A stretch of DNA of 64,000 bases from Marinicella sp. (GTDB lineage: Bacteria; Pseudomonadota; Gammaproteobacteria; Xanthomonadales; Marinicellaceae). The stretch lies in the NCBI GenBank assembly GCA_965230295.1, contig OZ246001.1, positions 1,184,001-1,248,000 of the forward strand, given 5' to 3'. Both the position numbers and the translations under genes were made by a program. This document shows, one piece after another, positions 19,043 through 29,193 of this stretch. Numbering within the stretch: position 1 is the stretch's first letter; each line of letters opens with the position of its first letter. Below the pieces are notes generated by a model. That model was not told the origin of the DNA. It ran no database searches and was given only the letters and a program-made list of their open reading frames with translations.

Positions 19043-21436
19043 ATGAAAAAATCAGTTTTACTGACCGTGTTGCTGTCACTCATGTGTGCCCCAAGCCTAT
19101 GGGCCATCGACACCAAACCATTGAGCAGTATAGATAAACTACAGTATCCAGTCATCCTGAGGATCTATTTTGATGAAACCAGTCAACTACAAACGTTGTC
19201 TGACAACAGCGATGTGTGGACCATCAACCCAAGCCAAAAATTTGCTGTGGTTTATGTCACTGACTCAACCAGCATGCAAGCCATCAACCAATTGGGCATG
19301 CCGATGCGCCCAGACCTACAGTTGATGAAGCAATACGAAGCCGATTTACGCCAAATTAACCAAGCCAAACAAGGTGGTGGCATACCAGGCTTTTCATGCT
19401 ATGGAACGGTGGCTGAAACTTTTCAACGCATGGATCAAATGGTTCTTGACCACCCTGATCTGGCTGAAATTGTTGACATTGGCGACAGCTGGGAAAAAAT
19501 TCAAAACGGTGCCCAAGGCGATGATTTAAAGATCATCAAAATAACCAATCAAAACACCAACGGTGATAAACCGGTGCTTTTCATGGCCTCCTCTATTCAT
19601 GCCAGAGAATACACCACAGCGGAATTGAACACACGATTCGCCGAATACCTGTTGGATAATTACGGTACTGATGCTGATGTCACATGGATCATTGATAACC
19701 ATGAAATTCATTTGTCTTTGATCACCAACCCGGATGGTCGTCACCGGGCTCAAACTGGCATCCTGTGGCGGAAAAACGCCAACAATAATTTTTGTGCAAA
19801 CTCCAATGATCGGGGTGTAGACTTGAACCGAAACTATCCATATGAATGGGGCATTGGTGGTTCTACTTCTGCATGCAGTGAAGTATTCATCGGACCCAGC
19901 AGTGGCTCTGAACCAGAAATCATGGCCCAAATGGATTACCTCAGAACCATATTTGATGACAACCGAGGGCCTGGTGCCAATGACCCTGCACCAGCAGACA
20001 CACCCGGCATATTCGTTGACATCCACAGTTTCAGTCAGCTGGTATTGTGGCCTTGGGGTTATACCAACAACAACACCCCCAATGACAATCAGCTACAAGC
20101 ACTCGGCAAGCGCACAGCGTTCTTCAACAATTACCGCCCTCAACCGGTGAATGACCTGGTTCTGACCGGTGGCGGGTCTATTGATGCCACTTATGGAGAG
20201 TTAGGCATGGCTTCATTGGCATTCGAACTGGGCACTGCATTCTTTCAGGATTGTGCCACATTTGAAGATCGCATCTTTCCAGATAACTTACAAGCCCTGC
20301 TGTATTTAGCCAGAGTGACCCAGGCACCTTATACACAGTCACTAGGACCTGACGTTGAAGACTTGTTGGTCATACCCAATGTCATCACATCAGACACCAG
20401 CATTCAAGTCACTGGTGTGGCTGATGATGACCGTTACAACCAGACCAACGGCGCCCAGTCTACCGACTCCATACAAAGTGTTACTGCCTACATCAATGAA
20501 TTACCCATCCATGCAGTCAGCGGCCAGTCCTTGAGTCCGGTTGATGGGGCTTTTAATGAAAGCCGCGAAGCATTCAGCGGCCTGATCAACACCAACGGCT
20601 TAGCACCAGGCAAAAACCTGCTCTATGTGCAAGCCAGTGACAACGCCCAAGGCGGTGGCACATTTGCCCAGTTTATCGATGTGGTTGAACCCCAAGATGT
20701 GGCTCAACTGTCCGGTACTGTACGCAATGCACTCACAGGAGAAACCATCGAGAATGCCTTATTAACCATCAACCAATCCCAAGCTTTGTCCAGTGCCAAC
20801 GGCAGCTATGTACAGTTTGTCCAACCCGGGACAGCGGACTTGTTGGTTTCAGCCGATGAATTCGCTGACTTTACTTTGTCAGGATTGAATCTGGCTGCCA
20901 ATACACAAACCACTCAAGACATCAGCCTACAACCGTTTTGCGATCTACTGAATGACGATGTCGAGTCAGGCAACACAGGCTGGCAAGCAGAAAGTCCATG
21001 GGCCATCAGTACCGATCAAAGCACCAGCCCCACACATGCCTGGACTGACAGTCCCGGTGGCGAATACAGCAACAACATCAACATCAGCCTGACCTCACCG
21101 GTCATCGAAATATCTGATGCCGATGCTGTGGAAGTCAGCTACATGAGCCTGTGTGACACCGAAGCCACTTTTGACTTTGGCTATTTAGAAGCCCAATTTG
21201 ACAATGGCACTTGGCAAGAAATCAACCGATGTGACAACCAACCTAACTGGCAACAAGCAACACATCAGCTGGCCTTACCTGGAGGTACCCAAAATCTCAG
21301 AATCCGTTTCCGCTTAGAATCCGATGGTTTTGTTACCCAAGATGGTTGGCATGTAGATGACATCGCCATCAAGGCCTCAGGTGCTGCTTGTGGTGATGTG
21401 TTGGATGACGTGATTTTTGAAGATGATTTCGAATAA
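19043..21436 (+). CDS. Secreted M14 zinc carboxypeptidase with carboxypeptidase-regulatory and jelly-roll domains and a C-terminal DVIFEDDFE tag
   Basis: HARE, NPDG, WRKN, GVDLNRNY, DIHSF and FEL motifs; signal peptide. Confidence 0.92.
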   Translation: MKKSVLLTVLLSLMCAPSLWAIDTKPLSSIDKLQYPVILRIYFDETSQLQTLSDNSDVWTINPSQKFAVVYVTDSTSMQAINQLGMPMRPDLQLMKQYEADLRQINQAKQGGGIPGFSCYGTVAETFQRMDQMVLDHPDLAEIVDIGDSWEKIQNGAQGDDLKIIKITNQNTNGDKPVLFMASSIHAREYTTAELNTRFAEYLLDNYGTDADVTWIIDNHEIHLSLITNPDGRHRAQTGILWRKNANNNFCANSNDRGVDLNRNYPYEWGIGGSTSACSEVFIGPSSGSEPEIMAQMDYLRTIFDDNRGPGANDPAPADTPGIFVDIHSFSQLVLWPWGYTNNNTPNDNQLQALGKRTAFFNNYRPQPVNDLVLTGGGSIDATYGELGMASLAFELGTAFFQDCATFEDRIFPDNLQALLYLARVTQAPYTQSLGPDVEDLLVIPNVITSDTSIQVTGVADDDRYNQTNGAQSTDSIQSVTAYINELPIHAVSGQSLSPVDGAFNESREAFSGLINTNGLAPGKNLLYVQASDNAQGGGTFAQFIDVVEPQDVAQLSGTVRNALTGETIENALLTINQSQALSSANGSYVQFVQPGTADLLVSADEFADFTLSGLNLAANTQTTQDISLQPFCDLLNDDVESGNTGWQAESPWAISTDQSTSPTHAWTDSPGGEYSNNINISLTSPVIEISDADAVEVSYMSLCDTEATFDFGYLEAQFDNGTWQEINRCDNQPNWQQATHQLALPGGTQNLRIRFRLESDGFVTQDGWHVDDIAIKASGAACGDVLDDVIFEDDFE

Positions 21437-21484
21437 AGCACTGATTTTGACAATATAATGCAGATAATGGGTGGTTTATCTCTC

Positions 21485-21560
21485 TGACTTCGGGTAAAGT
21501 ACGCGTCCCGCTGATGCAGCGGATGATTTAGGGTCTTATACCCACAGCGTGCGCGAAACA
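21485..21560 (+). ncRNA. Candidate structured cis-regulatory RNA in the rhlE leader
   Basis: GTACGC/GCGTGC stem enclosing CCGCTG-ATG-CAGCGG and GGGT-CTTAT-ACCC hairpins; GC-rich patch in a ~200-nt leader. Confidence 0.45.
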
Positions 21561-21682
21561 GCAATCCAATGAAGTTTTCCTGATATTTGTCGCACAACAT
21601 AAAAAAACGTGCAGACATGGCCAAAGAAAAGCCTTGTCTTTTGGGGCTTTAAAACCAGCCCCAAACAAAATCAGAGAATACC

Positions 21683-23374
21683 ATGAAATTCACCGAACTC
21701 GGTTTGTCCAAGTCGCTGCAACAAGCTGTGGCTGACCAGGGCTATGACACCCCTTCACCCATTCAGGCACAAGCCATTCCCGCAGTTTTATCTGGCAAGG
21801 ACGTGATGGCAGCCGCCCAAACCGGCACGGGTAAAACTGCTGGCTTCACTCTACCCATCCTGGAAAACCTGAGCAAAGGCAGAAGCGCAAAATTCAACAG
21901 TGCCCGTGCTTTGATCCTGACACCCACTCGTGAACTGGCCGCTCAAGTAGAAGCCAGTGTTAAAACTTACGGCAAACACATGAATTTACGTTCAGCGGTG
22001 GTTTTTGGTGGCGTTAAAATCAATCCACAAATGCAAAAATTACGCCGCGGCGTCGATGTCTTGGTGGCCACTCCAGGTCGGTTGTTGGACTTATACAATC
22101 AAAATGCGGTGCGCTTTGATGACCTGGAAGTGTTGGTACTTGACGAAGCAGACCGCATGCTAGACATGGGCTTCATTCACGACATCAAACGCATCATTCA
22201 CTTGTTACCCAACAAACGACAAAACCTGATGTTTTCAGCCACTTTCTCAACAGAGATCCGACAACTGGCAAAAACCATCACCAAGCACCCGGTGGAAATT
22301 TCAGTTTCTCCGAAACAAACCACTGCTGAAAAAGTGGCACAAAAAATGCACCCGGTTGACAAAAAACGCAAAAAGGAATTGCTGTTACATTTGGTGGCTG
22401 ATGGCCAATGGCAACAAGTATTGGTATTTTGTCGCACCAAACATGGCTCCAACAAACTGTCAGATTATCTGAATAAATTTGGCGTCACATCTTTGGCCAT
22501 CCATGGCAACAAAAGTCAAGGTGCCAGAACCCGTGCCTTGGCCGAATTCAAACAAGGCAAAGTGCGTGTGTTGGTGGCAACCGACATAGCTGCTCGCGGC
22601 ATTGACATTGACTTATTGCCACATGTGGTGAATTTTGATTTACCGAATGTACCGGAAGATTATGTGCATCGCATCGGCCGCACTGGCCGTGCTGGTGCTG
22701 AAGGTGAAGCCGTTTCGTTGGTCAGCGCCGATGAGTTTGTTCAATTATTCGATATTGAAAAATTATTGGGCCACCCTTTGAAACGTGAATTTGTTGATGA
22801 CTTTGAACCCATTCATGATGTACCTGAGTCCAAACAAGCCATGCGTGGTCAATATGCCAGCAAACCCAAAAGACCCAAGGCATACAAACCTGCCGCCAAG
22901 GCTAAAAACCGCAGATCCCCCAATCATGGCCACAATGGCAACCACAATGCATCTCTAGAACCACAAGGGCTGCGCAAGAAAAAACCCAAAAAGCCCAAAA
23001 CAAGACCATTTGTTAAAGCATCTGTCAAAGCAAAGTGGGCCAACCGTTCAGAAGAAGAAAATCAAGCGGCTTTTGCAAGGAGCCAAATGGCCAAAGAAGG
23101 CCAAGGCAAAAAAGCCCACAACCCATGGCAAAAAGATGAAGAAGATCGTGGCAACAAAAAATCATCGGCCAAAGGCAAAAATAACCACAAGAAGCGATTC
23201 AAGAAACGCAACGGCTCTGGCAAACCAGCGACTGAAGAACGCCATTCAAGAAGTGGGTACCAAGGAAAGAAAAATAACAAAAAACACGGCAGACCCAGTG
23301 GCCAGGGTTCAGGCAACAGCAGGTCAGCTCAATCACGATCTGCCCGTAACCGAACAGGCGGCCACAGAAAATAA
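21683..23374 (+). CDS. rhlE: DEAD-box RNA helicase, RhlE type, with a long basic tail
   Basis: [31 protein letters not shown]. Confidence 0.9.
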   Translation: MKFTELGLSKSLQQAVADQGYDTPSPIQAQAIPAVLSGKDVMAAAQTGTGKTAGFTLPILENLSKGRSAKFNSARALILTPTRELAAQVEASVKTYGKHMNLRSAVVFGGVKINPQMQKLRRGVDVLVATPGRLLDLYNQNAVRFDDLEVLVLDEADRMLDMGFIHDIKRIIHLLPNKRQNLMFSATFSTEIRQLAKTITKHPVEISVSPKQTTAEKVAQKMHPVDKKRKKELLLHLVADGQWQQVLVFCRTKHGSNKLSDYLNKFGVTSLAIHGNKSQGARTRALAEFKQGKVRVLVATDIAARGIDIDLLPHVVNFDLPNVPEDYVHRIGRTGRAGAEGEAVSLVSADEFVQLFDIEKLLGHPLKREFVDDFEPIHDVPESKQAMRGQYASKPKRPKAYKPAAKAKNRRSPNHGHNGNHNASLEPQGLRKKKPKKPKTRPFVKASVKAKWANRSEEENQAAFARSQMAKEGQGKKAHNPWQKDEEDRGNKKSSAKGKNNHKKRFKKRNGSGKPATEERHSRSGYQGKKNNKKHGRPSGQGSGNSRSAQSRSARNRTGGHRK

Positions 23375-23850
23375 TGAAGATCGGTGTTTTTGTTGATGTG
23401 CAAAACATCTATTACACCACCCGTGATGTTTATGGTCGGGCTTTCAACTACCGAGCCTTTTGGCAGCACTTGTCCCAACAAGGTGACATCACCACAGCCA
23501 ATGCCTATGCCATCAATCGGAACATGGATGATCAGAAAAAATTCCAAAGTGCCCTCAGGCACATTGGCTTTGAAGTCAAACTCAAGCCTTACATACAACG
23601 CAGTGATGGTTCAGCAAAAGGAGATTGGGATGTCGGCATCACCATTGACATCATGGAAGCAGCAGCCAGCTTGGATCAAATAGTGTTGTTATCAGGCGAT
23701 GGTGATTTTGCCATCTTGTTAAAACATGTGATGAAAAAATTTACGGTAAAAACCCACGTCATTGGAGTGCCCCAATTAACCGCAGATGCCTTGATCAATG
23801 CAGCCACTGAATTCACACCCATCAGAACAGCCTGGTTGCTGTACCACTGA
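23374..23850 (+). CDS. NYN-domain (LabA/DUF88) protein
   Basis: FVDVQNI, KGDWDV, LLSGDGDF; TAATG overlap with rhlE. Confidence 0.92.
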   Translation: MKIGVFVDVQNIYYTTRDVYGRAFNYRAFWQHLSQQGDITTANAYAINRNMDDQKKFQSALRHIGFEVKLKPYIQRSDGSAKGDWDVGITIDIMEAAASLDQIVLLSGDGDFAILLKHVMKKFTVKTHVIGVPQLTADALINAATEFTPIRTAWLLYH

Positions 23851-24267
23851 TTAAACACCCCTCACTCCTCCATCAGCAGCCAGTTGGCTTCAATGCCTCT
23901 GCTGGCACACAATAAATACATAACTGAACATTTGAATCAGGAAATAAATGGCGAAATTATTTTTTCGGGAAACTTTTTGAAAATATTTTTTAAAAAGTTT
24001 CCAAAAAGTGTAGCTTTAACCAAATAATGTGCTATATTTGCTTACCAAGAAAAAACAACAACCAAATTCACATGTTTATTTGCTAAAGTATTGATATATA
24101 TACTTTTCATTGATTAAAAAATATCTCATGCGTGCAACCAATACCGGATAAACCATTGAGATAAAATAAATTTTCAATAAAGCTGATATTTATTTTTTTG
24201 ACAATCGAAATAAACATTTTCTTTGTTGTTTCATATTTTTTAGCATCACGGTCATCGGGGACAACAC

Positions 24268-26808
24268 ATGCAAGCAACACAAATATCAGGTATTGGTCAA
24301 GTATTCACCCAAGATGAAGCCTACCAAACGGCTTTGGAATACTTCAAAGGGGATGACTTAGCTGCCAGGGTCTGGGTCAATAAATATGCGCTTAAAGATT
24401 CAGAGGGTCATGTCTATGAACAAACACCTGATGACATGCACCAACGATTGGCAGCAGAAATTGCGCGGATAGAAAAAAAATACCCCAACCCACTGTCTCA
24501 AGCAGATGTTTTTGCACTGATTCAAAACTTTAAATATTTGGTTCCACAAGGCGGACCCATGACCGGTATTGGCAATCCTCATCAAATTGCCTCGCTGTCG
24601 AATTGTTTTGTGATAGGTAATGAAGGCGCTTCAGACTCCTATGGTGGCATCATGAAGATTGACCAAGAGCAGGTTCAACTGATGAAACGCCGAGGCGGTG
24701 TTGGCCATGATTTATCTCATGTCCGTCCTCGAGGATCAGCGGTAAAGAATTCGGCATTGACGTCCACCGGAATCGTACCTTTTATGGAACGCTATTCCAA
24801 CTCGACCAGAGAGGTGGCGCAAGACGGTCGACGGGGTGCTTTGATGCTGTCAGTATCAATCAACCACCCGGATGCGGAAGACTTCATTGATGCCAAAATG
24901 GAACAAGGTAAAGTCACTGGAGCCAATGTTTCGGTTCGCATCGACGATGCATTCATGCAAGCTGTGACCAACAACAAAGAATACGTACAGAAATACCCTA
25001 TTTTCAGTGACAACCCGCAATTCACCCAGAGTATCAAAGCCAAAAAACTGTGGAAGAAAATCATTCACAATGCGTGGCAATCAGCTGAACCAGGCATTTT
25101 ATTCTGGGACACCATCAGCAGAGAATCGGTTCCGGATTGTTATGCGGATTTGGGCTATAAAACAGTTTCTACCAACCCATGTGGTGAAATCCCACTGTGC
25201 CCTTATGATTCTTGCCGTTTATTGGCGATCAATTTATTTTCCTATGTAGACAAACCCTTTACTGAAGATGCAGCTTTCAACCATACATTGTTCAAAGATC
25301 ATGTGGCCAAAGCCCAGCGCTTGATGGATGACATCATCGATCTCGAACTGGAGAAAATAGACCAAATTCTGGCCAAAATCGATGCCGATCCAGAAGGTGA
25401 TGAAGTCAAACGCACCGAGAAAAACTTGTGGCTCAACATCCGCAAAAAAGCCGAAGAAGGTCGACGAACCGGCATTGGCATCACCGCTGAAGGTGACATG
25501 CTTGCCGCACTGGGCATTCGTTATGGCAGTCAGGTAGGCAATGAGTTTTCGGAAGAGATTCATAAAATCATTGCCGTTGAAACATACCGCGCTTCGGTAG
25601 AAATGGCCAAAGAACGAGGCCCCTTCAGTATCTATGACAGTGCACGCGAACAAGACAACCCATTCATTCAACGACTGAAAGAAGCAGATGCCAGCTTGTA
25701 TGAAGCCATGGTCAAACATGGTCGACGCAACATTGCCTTATTGACCATTGCGCCCACTGGCACCACCAGTTTGATGACCCAAACCACTTCAGGAATTGAA
25801 CCGGTATTCTTACCGGTATACAAAAGACGCCGGAAAGTGAACCCCAACGACAAAGGTGCACGGGTTGATTTTGTCGATGAAGTGGGCGATTCATGGGAAG
25901 AATACACTGTTTTTCATCACCGCTTTAAACAGTGGATGGAAACCAACAACCATGACACTGAAAAGAATTACAGTGAAAAAGAACTCAAGGCATTGATAAA
26001 AAAATCACCTTACCACAAAGCCACTTCCAATGATGTGGATTGGCTGAGCAAGGTGCGCATGCAAGGTGCGGTGCAAAAGTGGGTGGATCACAGCATCAGT
26101 GTCACCATCAACTTACCTGAAGATGTCACTGAAAATCTGGTCGGCAGGCTTTATTTAGAGGCCTGGCGAGTCGGCTGCAAAGGCGTCACGGTTTATCGCG
26201 ATGGCTCACGATCGGGGGTCTTGGTTTCAAATGAAGAGAAATCTGAAGAACTGGTCGACTTTCCCACCATCAGACCCGAAGTACTGGATGCCGAGGTGGT
26301 GAGGTTTCACAACAACAAAGAAAAATGGATTGCCTTTGTCGGCACCATCAATGGCAAACCGTATGAAATTTTCACCGGTTTGGCCGACGATGAAGACGGC
26401 ATCTTTCTACCTCGTTCAGTACAGACAGGCTTGATCATCAAGAGTTTTATGGAAGATGGTTCTTCGCGCTATGACTTTCAATTCACCAATAAGCGTGGTT
26501 ACAAAACCACCATCGAAGGGCTGTCACACAAATTCAATCCTGAATACTGGAATTATGCCAAGCTGATTTCCAGTACCCTCAGACATGGCATGCCCATTGA
26601 AAAAGTGGTGGAGTTGATCAACAGCTTACAATTAGACAGTGAGTCGATCAATACCTGGAAGAATGGTGTTACCCGGGCTTTGAAAAAGTACATTGAAGAT
26701 GGCACCAAAGTCGGCAAAGGCACCTGTGATAATTGTCAATCCACTGACCTGGTTTACCAAGAAGGCTGTTTGACTTGCAACAGTTGCGGCTCTTCCAAGT
26801 GTGGATAA
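24268..26808 (+). CDS. nrdJ: Adenosylcobalamin-dependent (class II) ribonucleotide reductase
   Basis: SLSNCFV, TNPCGEIPL, IAPTGTTS, GCKGVTVYRDGSR, C-terminal CxxC..CxxC..C; no adjacent nrdB. Confidence 0.9.
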   Translation: MQATQISGIGQVFTQDEAYQTALEYFKGDDLAARVWVNKYALKDSEGHVYEQTPDDMHQRLAAEIARIEKKYPNPLSQADVFALIQNFKYLVPQGGPMTGIGNPHQIASLSNCFVIGNEGASDSYGGIMKIDQEQVQLMKRRGGVGHDLSHVRPRGSAVKNSALTSTGIVPFMERYSNSTREVAQDGRRGALMLSVSINHPDAEDFIDAKMEQGKVTGANVSVRIDDAFMQAVTNNKEYVQKYPIFSDNPQFTQSIKAKKLWKKIIHNAWQSAEPGILFWDTISRESVPDCYADLGYKTVSTNPCGEIPLCPYDSCRLLAINLFSYVDKPFTEDAAFNHTLFKDHVAKAQRLMDDIIDLELEKIDQILAKIDADPEGDEVKRTEKNLWLNIRKKAEEGRRTGIGITAEGDMLAALGIRYGSQVGNEFSEEIHKIIAVETYRASVEMAKERGPFSIYDSAREQDNPFIQRLKEADASLYEAMVKHGRRNIALLTIAPTGTTSLMTQTTSGIEPVFLPVYKRRRKVNPNDKGARVDFVDEVGDSWEEYTVFHHRFKQWMETNNHDTEKNYSEKELKALIKKSPYHKATSNDVDWLSKVRMQGAVQKWVDHSISVTINLPEDVTENLVGRLYLEAWRVGCKGVTVYRDGSRSGVLVSNEEKSEELVDFPTIRPEVLDAEVVRFHNNKEKWIAFVGTINGKPYEIFTGLADDEDGIFLPRSVQTGLIIKSFMEDGSSRYDFQFTNKRGYKTTIEGLSHKFNPEYWNYAKLISSTLRHGMPIEKVVELINSLQLDSESINTWKNGVTRALKKYIEDGTKVGKGTCDNCQSTDLVYQEGCLTCNSCGSSKCG

Positions 26809-26824
26809 TCAAAACCAACAATCG

Positions 26825-26858
26825 ATAAAAAAAGCACCGGTAAAGGTGCTTTTTTTAT
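26825..26858. terminator. Bidirectional intrinsic terminator
   Basis: ATAAAAAAAGCACC-GGTAAA-GGTGCTTTTTTTAT. Confidence 0.85.
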
Positions 26859-26874
26859 GGTCAAAATAGTGAAT

Positions 26875-27020
26875 GTCCTTGGGACTTCATTCACTTTTGT
26901 TCCTGACAAAAGCGAAAGCGGCCTCGGCGGACATGGCTTACTACTTCGGGCCTGCACTCTCTGACTCAGGAGGGCTTCGCCAACCGAGTGCGCCGGTCGA
27001 ACTGTCCGACAGCTCTCCGA
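26875..27020. repeat. Putative GC-rich intergenic palindromic element (REP/MITE-like)
   Basis: Hairpin TTCACTTTTGT-TCCTG-ACAAAAGCGAA inside a GC-rich stretch between convergent genes; single copy in this window. Confidence 0.35.
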
Positions 27021-27022
27021 TT

Positions 27023-27442
27023 TCAACTGAAATGAATCAGATACAAAGCCACCGAAAAACACATGAATGAAATGATTGCACCAATGAGCGGTAATGAAAA
27101 CCAGTATTTTTTAGCGAGGATGGCATAACACAGTGCCATGAAGGGCAGCAGTGCCACCAACCAAATGTTCAACTGTAACACCTCGAAATGGCCAATGATC
27201 AATGGCACGTAAATAAAAGGCACCCAAATCACCCCCAAGGCATGACTGTAGTTGAAACCGATCCATGCTTTCCACAAGTTGGTGTTTTTGCTGATTTGAG
27301 GCACAGCATTTTGCATTGACTTAACCACTTCTTTGTCGATGGCATCAAATTTATGGGTGGCAAAAACATAAATAAAGTGCCACGCAGCAATGACGCCAAA
27401 GATGGCACAGCCAATAATCAGCAACATTTGTGCCAACGTCAT
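27023..27442 (-). CDS. Membrane protein (LIC_13387-like), paralogue 1
   Basis: LWKAWIGFNYSHALG and KKYWF; closely similar to 27579..27992. Confidence 0.75.
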   Translation of the reverse strand: MTLAQMLLIIGCAIFGVIAAWHFIYVFATHKFDAIDKEVVKSMQNAVPQISKNTNLWKAWIGFNYSHALGVIWVPFIYVPLIIGHFEVLQLNIWLVALLPFMALCYAILAKKYWFSLPLIGAIISFMCFSVALYLIHFS

Positions 27443-27578
27443 TTGGCACCTATTTGAACAGCTTGCATGATATTCTACTCAAGTCAACAAGTTGACATCC
27501 AATTTAGGCCAGCCCAATTGGATGGTTTACTTAAACAAATATCATAACATGATCACCGAACTCTGCAAATTGCCTTGA

Positions 27579-27992
27579 TCACATGTGCATTTGGTAAAAG
27601 GCCACTACAAAACACAGCAGTGATACCAAAGAACCCAGCAATGGGATTTTAAACCAATACAATTTGGCCAAAACGGCATAAGCCAAGGCCATCATTGGTA
27701 ACAACAATGCCAAGAACATGCTATTTTGTAACACCGATATGTGATTGATGGCCAATGGTATGAAAATCAGTGGTATCCACAACACCCCGATTGAATGGCT
27801 GTAATTAAACCCCACCCAGGCTCTCCACATGGTGGTCTCTTTGGTTAAGACAGGTGTGGTTTGTTGCATGGCTGTGGTGACTTTACCGTCGTAAGCATTG
27901 AACTTGTTGGTGGATATAACATAGATGAAATGAACCAAACCCAAAACTCCGATCACCACAGATCCAATGATGATTAACAGTTGTGCTGACAT
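27579..27992 (-). CDS. Membrane protein (LIC_13387-like), paralogue 2
   Basis: MWRAWVGFNYSHSIG and KLYWF. Confidence 0.75.
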   Translation of the reverse strand: MSAQLLIIIGSVVIGVLGLVHFIYVISTNKFNAYDGKVTTAMQQTTPVLTKETTMWRAWVGFNYSHSIGVLWIPLIFIPLAINHISVLQNSMFLALLLPMMALAYAVLAKLYWFKIPLLGSLVSLLCFVVAFYQMHM

Positions 27993-28016
27993 GAAAATAC
28001 CCCTAATTGATGTTTA

Positions 28017-28502
28017 TTATTTAAACTGTTGACCAGTCATCTGACCGATGTAAACCGGCTTATAATCAACGATTTCAAATTCTCGAATGTTGGCCATATC
28101 ACGCCACATCATGGCATGCCCCTTGGTGTACTTAAAAACACTGACTCGACGTTTAAATTTCAGTGCTTCTGCTTCAGAAGCTTCTCTTAACTGTCCCAAC
28201 TTCACCACCAGGCGCATAGCTGGTGGTGATATAAATTGCCCCCTAAGCAAAGCTTTCAGCCAAAACCACCTACCTGCATCAACCGCCATAATAGTTGCAT
28301 ATTCACAGTGGTCAGCATTGGCAGGAATTTGCTTGGTGAATTTCTGAAAAAACCACCCTGAATTTTTATCTTTTAAAACAACACTGCCGATTGGCGACAC
28401 ATGAGGCTGGCCTGCGGCATTGACTGTAGACACAGAACAGAACATGGCTTGTGAGAACAAAGGCCTGATTTTTTCATTAAACAAGCGATCATCAATTTGC
28501 AT
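28017..28502 (-). CDS. Pyridoxamine 5'-phosphate oxidase-like (FMN split-barrel) protein
   Basis: CSVSTVNAAGQPHVSPIGS. Confidence 0.8.
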   Translation of the reverse strand: MQIDDRLFNEKIRPLFSQAMFCSVSTVNAAGQPHVSPIGSVVLKDKNSGWFFQKFTKQIPANADHCEYATIMAVDAGRWFWLKALLRGQFISPPAMRLVVKLGQLREASEAEALKFKRRVSVFKYTKGHAMMWRDMANIREFEIVDYKPVYIGQMTGQQFK

Positions 28503-28522
28503 TACTTTCTCCTGATTAAAAA

Positions 28523-28575
28523 AACATACCTTGTGGTATGTTGGACTGATAATGTAACATACCTTGAGGTATGCT
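28523..28575. promoter_or_regulatory. Two TetR operator palindromes
   Basis: AACATACC-TTGT-GGTATGTT (28523-28542) and AACATACC-TTGA-GGTATGCT (28556-28575) in the divergent spacer. Confidence 0.8.
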
Positions 28576-28646
28576 GCAAGGTATTTTGATCAGAATCACT
28601 GCAAAGAAAAACAGCGAATTGAAACCAATAACAGGACCAGAGAATC

Positions 28647-29183
28647 ATGACAAACGACAACAACAGCCAGCTGGCCTGGCTAAAAATGGGCATCCAAACA
28701 TTGGATACAGTGGGCTGGCGTGCGCTGAAAATCAATGAGCTGTGCCAACAGTTGAAGGTCACCAAAGGCAGTTTCTATCACTGGTTTACATCCAAACGAG
28801 ATTATGAAATGCAGGTTTTAAACTATTGGAAACTCAGATTCACACAAGGGTTTATTGAGCAAGCAGAATCTGGCAAAACCAGTCAGGAAAAGCTTTCATT
28901 GCTGGGTCGCCAAATCATTCAAGGTTGCATCGATGGCAACCGTTTGGAAATTGAAATCAATGCCTGGTCCACCCAAGATGATGAGGTCAAGACTTTTGTC
29001 ACTTCGGTCTATGAACAGCGATACGAGTACTTGATCAAGTTACTCAGTGATATTTATGATGACCCTGTTGAAGTTAAAAAGCATGGCCTCATCTTATACT
29101 CCCTGGTGGTCGGCATAGATTTCTTCTACCGCCAATTAGACCCACATGAACTGGAACTGGTTTTTTCTGATTACCTACAATAA
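28647..29183 (+). CDS. TetR/AcrR-family regulator
   Basis: HTH LCQQLKVTKGSFYHWF. Confidence 0.92.
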   Translation: MTNDNNSQLAWLKMGIQTLDTVGWRALKINELCQQLKVTKGSFYHWFTSKRDYEMQVLNYWKLRFTQGFIEQAESGKTSQEKLSLLGRQIIQGCIDGNRLEIEINAWSTQDDEVKTFVTSVYEQRYEYLIKLLSDIYDDPVEVKKHGLILYSLVVGIDFFYRQLDPHELELVFSDYLQ

Positions 29184-29193
29184 ATTGTGTCTA

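Noticed and set aside
23851-24267. Cobalamin riboswitch or NrdR boxes upstream of nrdJ
   Set aside because: The region is very AT-rich with no recognisable B12-box or convincing NrdR palindrome.
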